Origin: Eledone cirrhosa
Lineage: Eukaryota
Length of the DNA: 64,000 nucleotides
Direction: 5' to 3'
NCBI GenBank assembly: GCA_964016885.1
Contig: CAXHJY010001630.1
Coordinates: 2,068 to 66,067 of the forward strand
A model generated the notes under the pieces. It had not been told where the DNA came from. It made no database searches and saw nothing but the letters and a program-made list of their open reading frames with translations. Below are positions 36,293-48,982 of the stretch, in pieces (position 1 is the first letter of the stretch; the number at the start of each line of letters is the position of its first letter). The translations under genes and the position numbers were made by a program.

Positions 36293-38880
36293 GGAAAGTG
36301 GAAAGTACAATCCACTGCAATAAATATGTACCTTTGGAGAGTGGAAAGTACAGATCACTGCAGTAAACAGGGGTCTTTGGAAAGTGGAAAGTACAGATCA
36401 CTACAGTAAACATGTGTCTTTGGAAAGTGGAAAGTACAGATCACTACAGTAAACAGGTGTCTTTGGAAAGTAGAAAATATAGATCACTGCAGTAAACAGG
36501 TGTCTTTGGAAAGTGGAAAGTACAGATCACTGCAGTAAACAGGTATCTTTGGAGAGTTGAAAGTACAGGTCACTGCAGTAAACAGGTGTCTTTGGAAAGT
36601 GGAAAGTACAGGTCACTGCAGTAAACAGGTGTCTTTGGAAAGTGGAAAGTACAGGTCACTGCAGTAAACAGGTGTCTTTGGAGAGTGGAAAGTACAGGTC
36701 ACTGCAGTAAACAGGTGTCTTTGGAAAGTGGAAAGTACAGGTCACTGCAGTAAACAGGTGTCTTTGGAGAGTGGAAAGTACAGGTCACTGCAGTAAACAG
36801 GTGTCTTTGGAAAGTGGAAAGTACAGATCACTGCAGTAAACAGGTGTCTTTGGAGAGTGGAAAGTACAGGTCACTGCAGTAAACAGGTGTCTTTGGAAAG
36901 TGGAAAGTACAGATCACTGCAGTAAACAGGTGTCTTTGGAGAGTGGAAAGTACAGATCACTGCAGTAAACAGGTGTCTTTGGAAAGTGGAAAGTACAGAT
37001 CACTGCAGTAAACAGGTGTCTTTGGAAAGTGGAAAGTACAGGTCACTGCAGTAAACAGGTATCTTTGGAAAGTGGAAAGTACAGGTCACTGCAGTAAACA
37101 GGTACCTTTGGAGAGTGGAAAGTACAGGTCACTGCAGTAAACAGGTACCTTTGGAAAGTGGAAAGTACAGGTCACTGCAGTAAACAGGTGTCTTTGGAGA
37201 ATGGAAAGTACAGGTCACTGCAGTAAACAGGTGTCTTTGGAAAGTGGAAAGTACAGATCACTGCAGTAAACAGGTGTCTTTGGAAAGTGGAAAGTACAGG
37301 TCACTGCAGTAAACAGGTGTCTTTGGAAAGTGGAAAGTACAGGTCACTGCAGTAAACAGGTGTCTTTGGAGAGTGGAAAGTACAGGTCACTGCAGTAAAC
37401 AGGTGTCTTTGGAGAGTGGAAAGTACAGATCACTGCAGTAAACAGGTGTCTTTGGAGAATGGAAAGTACAGGTCACTGCAGTAAACAGGTGTCTTTGGAA
37501 AGTGGAAAGTACAGGTCACTGCAGTAAACAGGTGTCTTTGGAGAGTGGAAAGTACAGGTCACTGCAGTAAACAGGTGTCTTTGGAGAGTGGAAAGTACAG
37601 ATCACTGCAGTAAACAGGTGTCTTTGGAGAATGGAAAGTACAGGTCACTGCAGTAAACAGGTGTCTTTGGAAAGTGGAAAGTACAGATCACTGCAGTAAA
37701 CAGGTGTCTTTGGAAAGTGGAAAGTACAGATCACTGCAGTAAACAGGTGTCTTTGGAAAGTGGAAAGTACAGATCACTGCAGTAAACAGGTGTCTTTGGA
37801 AAGTGGAAAGTACAGGTCACTGCAGTAAACAGGTGTCTATGGAAAGTGGAAAGTACAGGTCACTGCAGTAAACAGGTGTCTTTGGAAAGTGGAAAGTACA
37901 GGTCACTGCAGTAAACAGGTACTTTTGGAGAGTGGAAAGTACAGGTCACTGCAGTAAACAGGTGTCTTTGGAGAGTGGAAAGTACAGGTCACTGCAGTAA
38001 ACAGGTGTCTTTGGAAAGTGGAAAGTACAGATCACCGCAGTAAACAGGTGTCTTTGGAGAGTGGAAAGTACAGGTCACTGCAGTAAACAGGTGTCTTTGG
38101 AGAGTGGAAAGTACAGATCACTGCAGTAAACAGGTGTCTTTGGAGAATGGAAAGTACAGGTCACTGCAGTAAACAGGTGTCTTTGGAAAGTGGAAAGTAC
38201 AGATCACTGCAGTAAACAGGTGTCTTTGGAAAGTGGAAAGTACAGATCACTGCAGTAAACAGGTGTCTTTGGAAAGTGGAAAGTACAGATCACTGCAGTA
38301 AACAGGTGTCTTTGGAAAGTGGAAAGTACAGGTCACTGCAGTAAACAGGTGTCTATGGAAAGTGGAAAGTACAGGTCACTGCAGTAAACAGGTGTCTTTG
38401 GAAAGTGGAAAGTACAGATCACTGCAGTAAACAGGTGTCTTTGGAAAGTGGAAAGTACAGATCACTGCAGTAAACAGGTGTCTTTGGAAAGTGGAAAGTA
38501 CAGATCACTGCAGTAAACAGGTGTCTTTGGAAAGTGGAAAGTACAGGTCACTGCAGTAAACAGGTGTCTATGGAAAGTGGAAAGTACAGGTCACTGCAGT
38601 AAACAGGTGTCTTTGGAAAGTGGAAAGTACAGGTCACTGCAGTAAACAGGTACTTTTGGAGAGTGGAAAGTACAGGTCACTGCAGTAAACAGGTATCTTT
38701 GGAAAGTGGAAAGTACAGATCACTGCAGTAAACAGGTGTCTTTGGAAAGTGGAAAGTACAGGTCACTGCAGTAAACAGGTGTCTTTGGAAAGTGGAAAGT
38801 ACAGGTCACTGCAGTAAACAGGTGTCTTTGGAAAGTGGAAAGTACAGGTCCCTGCAATAAATATGTACTTTTGGAATGTA
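36293..38880. repeat. 43-bp minisatellite, ~60 copies (GGAAAGTGGAAAGTACAGGTCACTGCAGTAAACAGGTGTCTTT)
   Basis: Period measured directly (36481 to 36524); degenerate copies trail off to ~39110. Confidence 0.98.
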
Positions 38881-39389
38881 GAAAGTACAGCTCACTGTAT
38901 TAAATATGACTCTTTCAGAAGTACAGTTTCTGCTATAAATAGGTATATTTGGATATGCTGTAAATAGGTATCTTTGAGAATATAGCTATTTGCTGTAAAT
39001 AAGTGCACTTGAGGATTAAAGTAGGTCTTATTAATGTAAATAAGTGTGTTTAAGAAGTACAGTTCTGTACTGTAAACAAGGGTCTTAAGTAAATACAGTT
39101 TATTGCAGTAAGTAATTGAAGCATAACTTTTGTTAGTTTACACAACTGAGGTCAACAGTTTTTCAGCAACATGTAGACATTGGTCTCCAACTACTGAAGT
39201 TCATAAAACTGGAATCAAACCAACTGACTGACTCCACTACTTTATAAATAAAAAGCCTTGTGCAAAACTGATATAATATTCATGAAGCAATTTACAGATG
39301 TAGTGCAAGGAGAGAAAAGCAGTAACAGAGAAACAAGCAACAGATGAGATGTACAACAAATATTTAATAGAGAATAGACATTTGCTTAC

Positions 39390-39515
39390 CGGGTGATGAA
39401 GTATTGCTTTCCGTCTTGAGTGGGCATTGTTTAATGGTTGAAACATTCTCCCCAGCTGTTTCTTCTGATGATTCATTAGTGGGAGTTGTTGAATTTCCTT
39501 GTGCATCAGGAACAT
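39390..39515 (-). CDS. PIKFYVE: PIKfyve exon 2 (DVPDAQGNSTTPTNESSEE...NTSSP)
   Basis: cttag acceptor, gtaagc donor, 126 nt, phase 1-1, open frame. Low-complexity linker, so support is mainly splice signals and phase. Confidence 0.75.
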
Positions 39516-39859
39516 CTAAGGTGATGAAAAAATATAGAACATTTATGCCAATATTCTTTAACCTGTCAATCTATATATTTTTACCTAATCATTCAACTAT
39601 TAACCCTTTTGATAACAACCTGCCCCAAACCATCTCAGATTTTATTTAACTAAATCACACATGTTAAAGGATTCCTACTTAAATAAAAACCTTCCAATAT
39701 AATTTTATATAAGAACATTTTGTTATGTTACAAATACCATTCTAAAGAAATTATAATTTTAGTGAATCCTTCTCAAATTCTTCATGAATTAATACAAAGT
39801 ATTCCATTAGAAATATGGTAATGAAAGGGTTAATGATGAAACTAACTCTTTTCATTTCA

Positions 39860-40665
39860 GGGTTGGATTGACATGTGCAGCTGGGTCGGAAGTGGTATTG
39901 AGACTGGTGGGTGTAGAATCAGTTAGCTAGAATTTACAAATGTTATGGTACTACTTAACTTGTCAACAGGAGGTGATATCCAACATGCACTTTGATGCCG
40001 AATTCTGTATGGCTGGAATGGAAATCAATGCAGCGAAGACCGAGACACTCATCCTTTCAAGGAAGCCTGCGCAGTGCACTCTACTTGTGAGTGAAGTTTC
40101 ACTGAAGCAGAAGGGGGAGTTCAAGTATCTCAGGGCCGTGATGGAAGGTAGAGGGTTAAATTAAGTGCAAGAATTGCAGGAGCTGATGCAGTAATGTGCC
40201 AGCTTCAACATTTGGTAATCAGAAGGAGAGTAGGTATAAAAGCCAAACTCATTATCTTTAATTCGGGCATTCATATCATGAATACAAGCGGCCAAAATGG
40301 GGTTCCTCCAAAGGGTCTTCAGAATAACGTTACTCAATAGAGTGCATAGCTCAGAGATCAGTCAGTCACTCAAGGTAGAGTCACTACCTCTCCAAATTGA
40401 GAGATCATAGCTCTGATATAACAGACATGTAGTTAGAATGTCTCAGAAAAGAATCGCTGGACAGATTTTATGGGCAAGACCAACCAACAGGAGACCTAGG
40501 GGTAGACCCCAAGCAAGATGGTTGAATAACATCCATGAGCTTGGCTGATCTCACTTGGAGATCCAGCTGAACCAATTGGAAATGGTTGCCTCTGACAGGA
40601 CCCACTGAAAGGCATGCTTGAGGACTCTGTCCCCACAACACTTCCAGGAATAAGTGGCCGAAGAA
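39860..40665 (+). mobile_element. Degenerate RTE LINE fragment
   Basis: INAAKTE...FKYL and RPRGRP..RW residual motifs; interrupts the duplicated block 39540-41030. Confidence 0.7.
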
Positions 40666-42394
40666 GTGGCTGGTGTTTGGAGCATAACTTGGCAGGGATT
40701 CTTACAGGAAATTGTGATGGAAGATTTTTGCACTCTACTCAAACTACTAACACTACAAGAATAATTACTACTCATCATTGTCTCTGTTGATTCAAGACAT
40801 GACAGAAGAGACAGGGTAAGTGGGTGAGATGTGCAAGGCTAAGATAAGAAAAACAAAATGATTGAGATGAGAGAATGACAGAGTGGAGACTAATAAACGG
40901 GAGACAGCATTAGAGGGAGTAATTGAAGAGATACATTGATAGCAGGGAGTAATGGTAGAGCAACAATAATCACTGGTGGGGGGGGAGTATAGAAGAAGGG
41001 AGAAAGAATGGTAGGAGAAACCAAGTTGAAAGTGGAGAAATATAGTTATGAAAGTGTTAAATCTTTCTAATAAAGATATATGGTTATGAAAGGGTTAATC
41101 CTTCTGTCTTACGACAGGAGTGGGCCTGCCAATTCTAATTTATACATTCTTTTATATAAAAGGAACCTTTCTACTCTTGAGTAAATGGGAAAGCTTTTTG
41201 TAACTTGCTTTTGTTCAACATTTTCTATTAATACAAATGAAAGTGAACAAATGCTAGATATCATGTTGAAAAATTGCCTGTAGGCTGACATTGAATGAGA
41301 GGAAAATTATCTCAATATGACTCATGAAAATTATTTCCTAATTAATGCAGTACCTGTCAAAAATGATGAGGTTTCTTTCTGGATCCTTACAATAATTCTT
41401 AATGTTTCTGCTTTCAATTAATTTTCCCTTCTTTCAGATTTTCTTGCACCTCCACTCACTCTCCATCAGTATTCCCATTCAATCACTCACACACCTCATT
41501 ATTTCTCTTTTTCCTCTCTATTTATCAATTAATCTATCTATCTTTTCCGTACCCCCTTATTGCCCTTACTTTCTTTCTCCCTCTCCTCATTCCACATATC
41601 TATTTATCTAATTCACTTCTCTATATAGCAATTTCTTTGTCTCTTTACCACTTCGCTCAGAACAACCATCACTTTCTTTTTCTATCATGATCAAGGGGAA
41701 ATCAAAACCATCAGTGTTTCTGTCCACATTTTTCCATTTCTATGGATATTTAACTGATTTTCTCAACTATTATTATAATGATAAAAAATTATTACAATCA
41801 TTGGGATGCTCACATTTCAAATTTCAAACATTTCCAACACTTTGTAAATCATCAAATTTATTTAAGTACTAAATAATTTTAATAAATCCCTCCAAATTCT
41901 TCATTAACTTATTGAAACTCAGTGTATTTCATTAGAACTATGGTGACAAATGGGTTAAATCATCTGTTATATCAAAGGAAAATAAAGAACCACAGTGAAC
42001 TAGCTTTCATGCATCTACCACATCAATGATTCATTTAAGTCAGTAACAAAAAGGGTTTTAAGTAGTTTGCAGCATTGAAAGACAAACAAATAAATCAAAG
42101 CTTTCTCACAAACGTTTGTCAATGGCAGAAACAAGCTAATGCAATTTTTTTAACATATATTTAATATGTTTATTATATATTGTACACATACACACAAAAC
42201 TAGACTTCAGCTAGCAAAACAAGACATGGTAAAATGCCTGTTAGCAGACTGGCTGATCAGCCAGATCTGCATATTAGCAGATCCACTGATCAGCCACTCT
42301 GCTAACATGCAAATCAGGCCGATCAGTCACTGTGTATTTTTTTTAAAAAAAGCATATATTTTCACTAGTTCTGACAGTTTGGCAGGTGAATAGT

Positions 42395-42444
42395 GAGCTG
42401 TACTGATGAAGGGTGATACCCAGAAACATTAGTGTCTGCAGTTC
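42395..42444 (+). ncRNA. Type I hammerhead ribozyme motif
   Basis: Stem I GAGCUGUA/UGCAGUUC, core CUGAUGA, stem II GGGU-GAU-ACCC, GAAA, short stem III ACA-UUAG-UGU, GUC cleavage triplet (C42436). Confidence 0.75.
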
Positions 42445-42708
42445 TGTTTGCATGCCAACACAAGAGCAAGAATGAAGTGTTCATTCTACTGACATGGCTA
42501 TAAAATTGAGGCCTGTTTGCATAATTGCAAACGAATCGAATGTTGTTATTAATATTCGAAAAACTATATATACATATATATATACATACATATCTATATA
42601 CATACGTATATATATACATACGTATATATACATACGAAAATATACATACGTATATATATACATATATATATGTATATAGATGCATATATATTATGATGAT
42701 GATGATGA

Positions 42709-42760
<52 letters not shown>

Positions 42761-42761
42761 G

Positions 42762-43315
42762 TTGATTGCTACTTCTTGTCAGAAGAGTGCCATGCCTTCA
42801 TTGAACATGGCACGGTCATGTGCACACAGGTGACTTTTCAGACTCACTTTTGTTTTGTAGACACGTTCACAGATGTGACACTTAAACTGTCTGTTTCCTG
42901 CCAATACCGGCTGGGGTGTGTTTTCTGCATTTTACCATGTCTGGTCAGACAACCCGCTGACTTGCAAATTAAGCCACACTCACTGCAAATATGTCGTTGA
43001 GTGTGTGGCAGTAGAACCATCTCACAGCCGGCTCGATTTCTCCCTGGTTCATGTGATTTCAGATGGTTAACAAAACCAGCTCGTGTTAGAAGAAATCGGT
43101 CACATACATTGCACCTCAAATCTTGCTGAATTTTCTTGAGTCCTGCTTACAAAGTGAACGCTTCAAAACAGCATGCTCCACTCATTTTTTCTCAAAGACA
43201 TCACATCCATATTTGATGGTCTTTCTCCATGATGAACAGCCTTGAGCCAGTCTCTGGCTCAAGGCTGTACATCATAGAGAAAGATCATCAAATATGGACA
43301 AGATATCTTTGAGAA
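42762..43315 (-). mobile_element. LINE 3' end with C2H2 zinc fingers (RTE/BovB-like)
   Basis: CNVCDR...NHLKSH and CSECGLICKS..LTRH at the ORF end, inserted in a (TA)n tract. Confidence 0.65.
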
Positions 43316-43415
43316 AAAGCAAGTGTTGCATTTTGTTTTGAAGTGTTCATACATACATACATACATACATACATTCATATATATATACATACATATATAT
43401 ATATATACATACTTT

Positions 43416-43463
<48 letters not shown>

Positions 43464-43769
43464 CACATACATATATATACGTGTGTGTGTGTGTGTTCAT
43501 AGATACATACATATCAGAAAAGAGATACCAGATATCAGTTTAGCATACGTTTATTCCATTGCATGTGTTTCACCAGTGATCAGGCCCAATTTAGTTCTCA
43601 ATTATGTATCATTATAGTGAATAGTAGTGTTCAACTCCTTGGGTTACTGGCTCATCAGACGTGATGAAATAACTGCTTATTTGTTATAATTATTATTTTT
43701 CTTTGAGTCTCAGTCACTGATGTTATTTAACTGGAAAGTTTGTTCAAATGAACATCAAGCCACTACCTG

Positions 43770-44060
43770 CAGCCTCAGATATTCAGGATGTATCGGAGGG
43801 TTCTTGCTGTTCCCAGCAAGCATGTGTTTTGAAGTGTTCCAAAAAAGGGGGCTGGACTAATGTTCTTTAACCATCCTTGAAAACTCTTTAAGATAGTACC
43901 TAGTGGTCCTATGACAGTCAGGACAACCTTGATCTCATTACAATCCAAAGTCCTTTTTAATTTCCACTTTAGATTCCTGGTATCAGTTAATTTTCTCCTT
44001 CTCCTTTTCTTGCACTCTTTCATCAGGCTACATATACAATCAGGCATGATCTTTTTTACT
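43770..44060 (-). mobile_element. R4/Dong-like non-LTR retrotransposon C-terminal (restriction-like endonuclease) fragment
   Basis: VVLTVIGPLG...LQNTCLLGTARTLRYIL matches the R4-type ORF end. Confidence 0.7.
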
Positions 44061-47000
44061 TATCAAAAACCACTAGCACCTTCACTTGATCATTTTCTAT
44101 CATCGACTCTGGATTATCATCATCATCATTATTATTATTACTACTACTATTATTATTACACACACACACATAATAATATGCACTCAAACATACACATATA
44201 TACATGTGAAGATGTCATGTTGGAACAACAACATTTCATACAAAAGTCAGATGTTTAGTTAAAAAGAAAAAACAAAAAGCCAATAAATTGATTTCAGCAT
44301 TAAAGAAACAGCCATGTAAACAAATGTTTATTGTGCTCCATTTACCATCAATATTTCACAGTAAAAATAACATAGGGTAGTATCATTTATAGATATTGAA
44401 TAGTTATAGGCAAAATCAACAGAAACACACACATACAAAAAAATCTTTAAATTACGACTGATGAATTACAACTACTACCAATTGATTTAAGAAACACTGT
44501 AAATTGACAGAAGTGCTAAATGATCATATGAAATGATGTGCACTATTGTATTTTGCCTCCTTACAGTTCAAAACCCACTGAAGTCAACTTTGCCTTTCTT
44601 CCTTTCAGTGTTAACAAATAAACTACCTGACTGGCAGAATTACTAGAGTTCTGGCTATTTGCACTCTGAGCTCAAATCCTGCCCTAGTTGACATAGATGG
44701 TAGTCTTAATCTTGTTACCTGGTTTAACACCACCACCTTGCTCTTGAGTACTTTTAACGGAGCCTAATTTGTTGTAAGCATTTGGACCAGGACTTCTGTT
44801 TGAGAATATCTTCATCCCTCCCTCCTGCCAATCTTGGAGACCCTGAAAAGGGTCATGAGCGCTGCTCTTCCCCTTGACTAAGTCATATAATAACAATTGA
44901 ATCTGAAATAAGAATACCTTTTCTACAGAATACATAACTGGAGTAGACTACTAATAGAGTTGTAAAATAAAAAAAAAAACAACTAAAATATATCCAAGAA
45001 TACACTTATTGAATATTTAACTATTTGTGACAGTAACCTTTTAAAGACTTAGAGCTTTTTAGGTGGTCAATTTGACTGAGTTGTTAGAGCATAAGATATT
45101 TACTCCAGGTTTCTAAGTTCAAATCGTGCCAAGTTCTATTTTGTTTTTCACTCTTTCCAGCTGTCACATCCTGGGAGTGAGTGTCAAGAGGGTGTCCATG
45201 ACTGCTCACAGCTGTATGGTCCCTAAAACCCTAGGCAAAATTATGGTACATACTACCATGTCATACTCGATAGCAAGTGATGACTGTAGTTGTTTTACTA
45301 TTGGGTTACTATTTCACTGATTTAACCTTATAAATGTTTTAAAAAGTATGTAAAATAGTGCATGTTCATAAGGTAATGATAAAGGGCCTATAACTCATGA
45401 TATAAGTGTACAGGTGCTGTCCTGACACACAGCATATCTTGGGCATTTTAAATATGGCAGAGCCCATCCCTCTCCATGTAAGAAAACTGAAATATCTCCA
45501 GAGAAAGAGGGAGGAAGAGAGAGAGTGATAAAGAAAGATAGAAGAATTAACCCAAGTATTGGACTTGTACTTTATTTATTGAAAGTTGACCTTGGCATGA
45601 TTTGAATGCCTGAACAAATTCAACAAACCATTCCAACTGACATTCTTATAACTCTACCAATTCACTGCACTGTGGGAAAATAACGGAATAGAAAAAAGAA
45701 CAATAGATTTTTTAAATTAATAAGATTCCATCTCTTATTTATGAACATACAATATTTTACACACTTTTTTTAAACATTTATAAGACAAAGTCAGTTTATG
45801 ATAGTTAAACTAATGTTAAAATAAGGAAAACTAAATATTAGTTAATATTTATGTTCATTGTTTTCAGCAAGTATGGGACATAACTCTAGACATGTTTTGT
45901 TCTTATTTTGACCTCATCAGCAAAATATAGCCATCACTATACTTGCCAAAGTAGTGATGAGAAAATCACTTAGTAAATGTACAAGATTGTACATTGTTTG
46001 GTATAACCACAGATCAAACAAATACCGAAGAGTGGAATTTCTTAGTAGGAAATTATAAGGAAGCATGTCAAATGGACTACATCTATTCTGAGGTAGTAAA
46101 CTTAATCTGTTACACAATTTAACACTGCAACCTGACTTTTAACTGCCTTTAGCAAAGTCAACTCTGTTGCAAAAATTTGAACCAGATTTCTATTTTAACC
46201 CTTTAAGCATTTAAACTGGCCATATCCGGCCAGAATTCTCTCAGCTATTTCTGTTCAAACTGGCCATAATTGGCCACTCATACTGACATTAAAGCATTAT
46301 TCTGTTCTCAAAATAAATAATATCATCATCAAAATCTCGTAGATTCCATATTATGTGAGATAATTATGTGAGATAAAGCCTTTACCATAAAAATGTAATA
46401 GTATATATAGAGTAATATAAATGCTAAAGGGTTAAATATAACTTCCTTCTATCAAAAAATCTAAAAGTGCTGTCCTACTTATCATGAAGGCATAAAAAAT
46501 GCTACTTTATTTGCAATAAATTAAATACAAAGATAGCCATCCATTTCATGTTCAGTTACCTTCTCAATTCCCATGGAAGAAAACAACAGAAAATCAGTCA
46601 TGTATATCGATGTTTGAATTATTACACAAAGAATTACTTAAGAGGTACCCAACAACTCTATGAGTTACATTACATTTCTCTTCATAATAGAATTAGAGAG
46701 AAAAGAAAGAACACACCAAAATGTTGTTAGTATCACACAGCAAAATATATTCACTACATGCTGGCTCAGACATTAAGAAAATAAATAATTCTTCACATAC
46801 AAGGTCTTTTCTTTAAAGGCATATTTCTGAAAAAATATACACAATATATATAAATACTGATACAATATATACACATACAGGATGTCAAATACAATATTTA
46901 ATTAGATAATTAATTTCAGTAGCATTTCACACATGAAATTAAAATAACCATACCAAAACACAAATGGTTGGGAGTGTCTCAAAAATCTGCCTATTCAACT

Positions 47001-48324
47001 TCTACAATGGTGGTTTCAGCTAGTCTAAAATACACAGTGGATGATTTTCAATTAATTTTGAAAATAATCAAGAATTTGGAGATTCTTAGTCATATAACTT
47101 CCTCCTTATTATACTGGTGTTTGGCGTATAACTTATCAAAGTTTCTTACATAGTGTTATGATGAAAGGGTTTTAGATAAATATAAACACTTTAAAACAAG
47201 CAGTTTTTGTATCATAACCAAGGGAAATTTTAGGCTGTTTGGTATCAAAATGGTTAATGTAAAATGCAATCAACAGAGAAAGTCTGTACTCTCATAACAG
47301 CTCACTTTGCCTTTCATCCTTACGGGGTCGATAAAATAAAGTACCAGTAATGTACTGGATAATTGCTGGCCTTGTGCCTAAAGTAGAAACAATTATTTAT
47401 GCTTTGTTGAAAATGAACTACAATTAGATATCTCAAAAGAGAGCAATCTAGCTAGTTTTTGTTGTTGTCCAAGCCTTACCACTATATAATAGAACAGTTT
47501 CAATGCAAGCTTTGAAAAGTAGCATTTTAATTTTATCACAAGTACAGAAATGCTATCAAGGTATATCAATAGACAGATTACGTGGCAGTACTAGTATCAA
47601 CTCACCAGTACATATATGCCATCAAAGTGTGTCAAAGGACTGGTTATTTCAGTAGTACAACACAAATGCTAAAGTATGGCCTAAGTTAATGACTATGTTG
47701 TCACTACTAGACAAATTAAACCACAAAACTGGACAATTTAATTATATCTTTCATTGACCATGTCTTCAATTTCCTTTTCATATATTTCACAGCAGTATTC
47801 CTTTACACAGCACCAAATTGGCAGAGTCATTAGAACATTAGATAGAATACTTTGGGGTGTGTGTTCTGGCACTCTGAGTTCAAATTCCACCAAAGTCAAC
47901 TTTGCTTTTTGAGGTTAATAAAAAAAGCACCAGTACTGGAGTCAAATCTTCCTCTATATCTCTTTTTCATTTCCTCTCTATCTCTTCCTTTCTCTAGAAG
48001 AAATCATGTGTTCAGACCTGGAGAGGGTGTGGGCTCTGCCAGGTTTCGAATGCCTAAGAAACACTGCATGTCACTACAGTACACCTATGACTCCACCAGA
48101 AGATACAAATCTTTATGATATGATTCCTTTAAGCATTGCAGCTCGTTTCTATTAGATTTGGAAAATGTATTTAATTATGGGGATTTTTTTAAAAATTAGA
48201 TGTTGAGAAATTGAATTGACTTGAATATGTTGAAAACATTATACAATCTCTTTCTCCTTTTTTATTCTAGTAGAGAATTGACCACTGAAATAATCAAGAT
48301 TCTCATTTTATAGTGGCACCATAT

Positions 48325-48908
48325 ATCATCATCATCACCATTTTACGTCTGTTCTTCCACGCTAGCATGGGTTAGACAGGTTGTCCTGTTGTGAGCAGTG
48401 TCCGGTCGGCTGACCTTGTCTTGCTCATACGGGAACTGATTCTAGCTTGATTTCTACAGCTGGATGCCCTTCCTAACACCAACCTCATTTACAGTGAGTG
48501 CTGGGTGCTTTTTTTCCGTGGCACCTACACATCCATTTTACAGTGTGTGCTGGGTGCTTTTTTGCCGTGGCACCTCTACGACCACTTTGCAGTGGGAGGG
48601 TGTGGAGGCATATTGTCTATATGCTTCAGCTTCGGCTTGTACCCGTGGGGGGTTGGGTCTTCTGTATTACTGCATGACGCCAGAGGTCACAGTCGTGTGC
48701 CTTTGAGAGGTGTAATTGGGTAAGGTCGGCTTTTATCACCTCATCGAAGGTGTTCTCCCCACTCCGCAGTTTCCATCGACTTCTAGAGTTCTGCACCTTT
48801 TTATGTAGCTGTCATCCTTCATACGCATCACATGTCCATACCAACGCAACCGCCTCTCCTGCACACAGCATTTGATTCCTCTTATGCTCAGTCTCTCTCT
48901 CAATTCGG
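48325..48908 (-). mobile_element. RTE LINE 3' fragment
   Basis: ERRLRWYGHVMRMKDD; 3' UTR like that of 11570-11864. Confidence 0.88.
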
Positions 48909-48982
48909 TACTTATTTCATCAACCCAGTGATGCATGGGTTACTGACATACATACACGCATGCATACATACATAAGTATGTA

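Noticed and set aside
36293-38880. CRISPR array
   Set aside because: Contiguous tandem units with no unique spacers, no cas genes, and a eukaryotic intron context.
46560-46562. 3-nt microexon (pyrimidine tract...gag|AAG|gtaact) in PIKfyve intron 1
   Set aside because: Weak GAG acceptor with purines before it; cannot be supported without RNA data.
46954-47024. Exon-like segment with tattttag acceptor and gtatgg donor
   Set aside because: Stops in all three frames and no other support.
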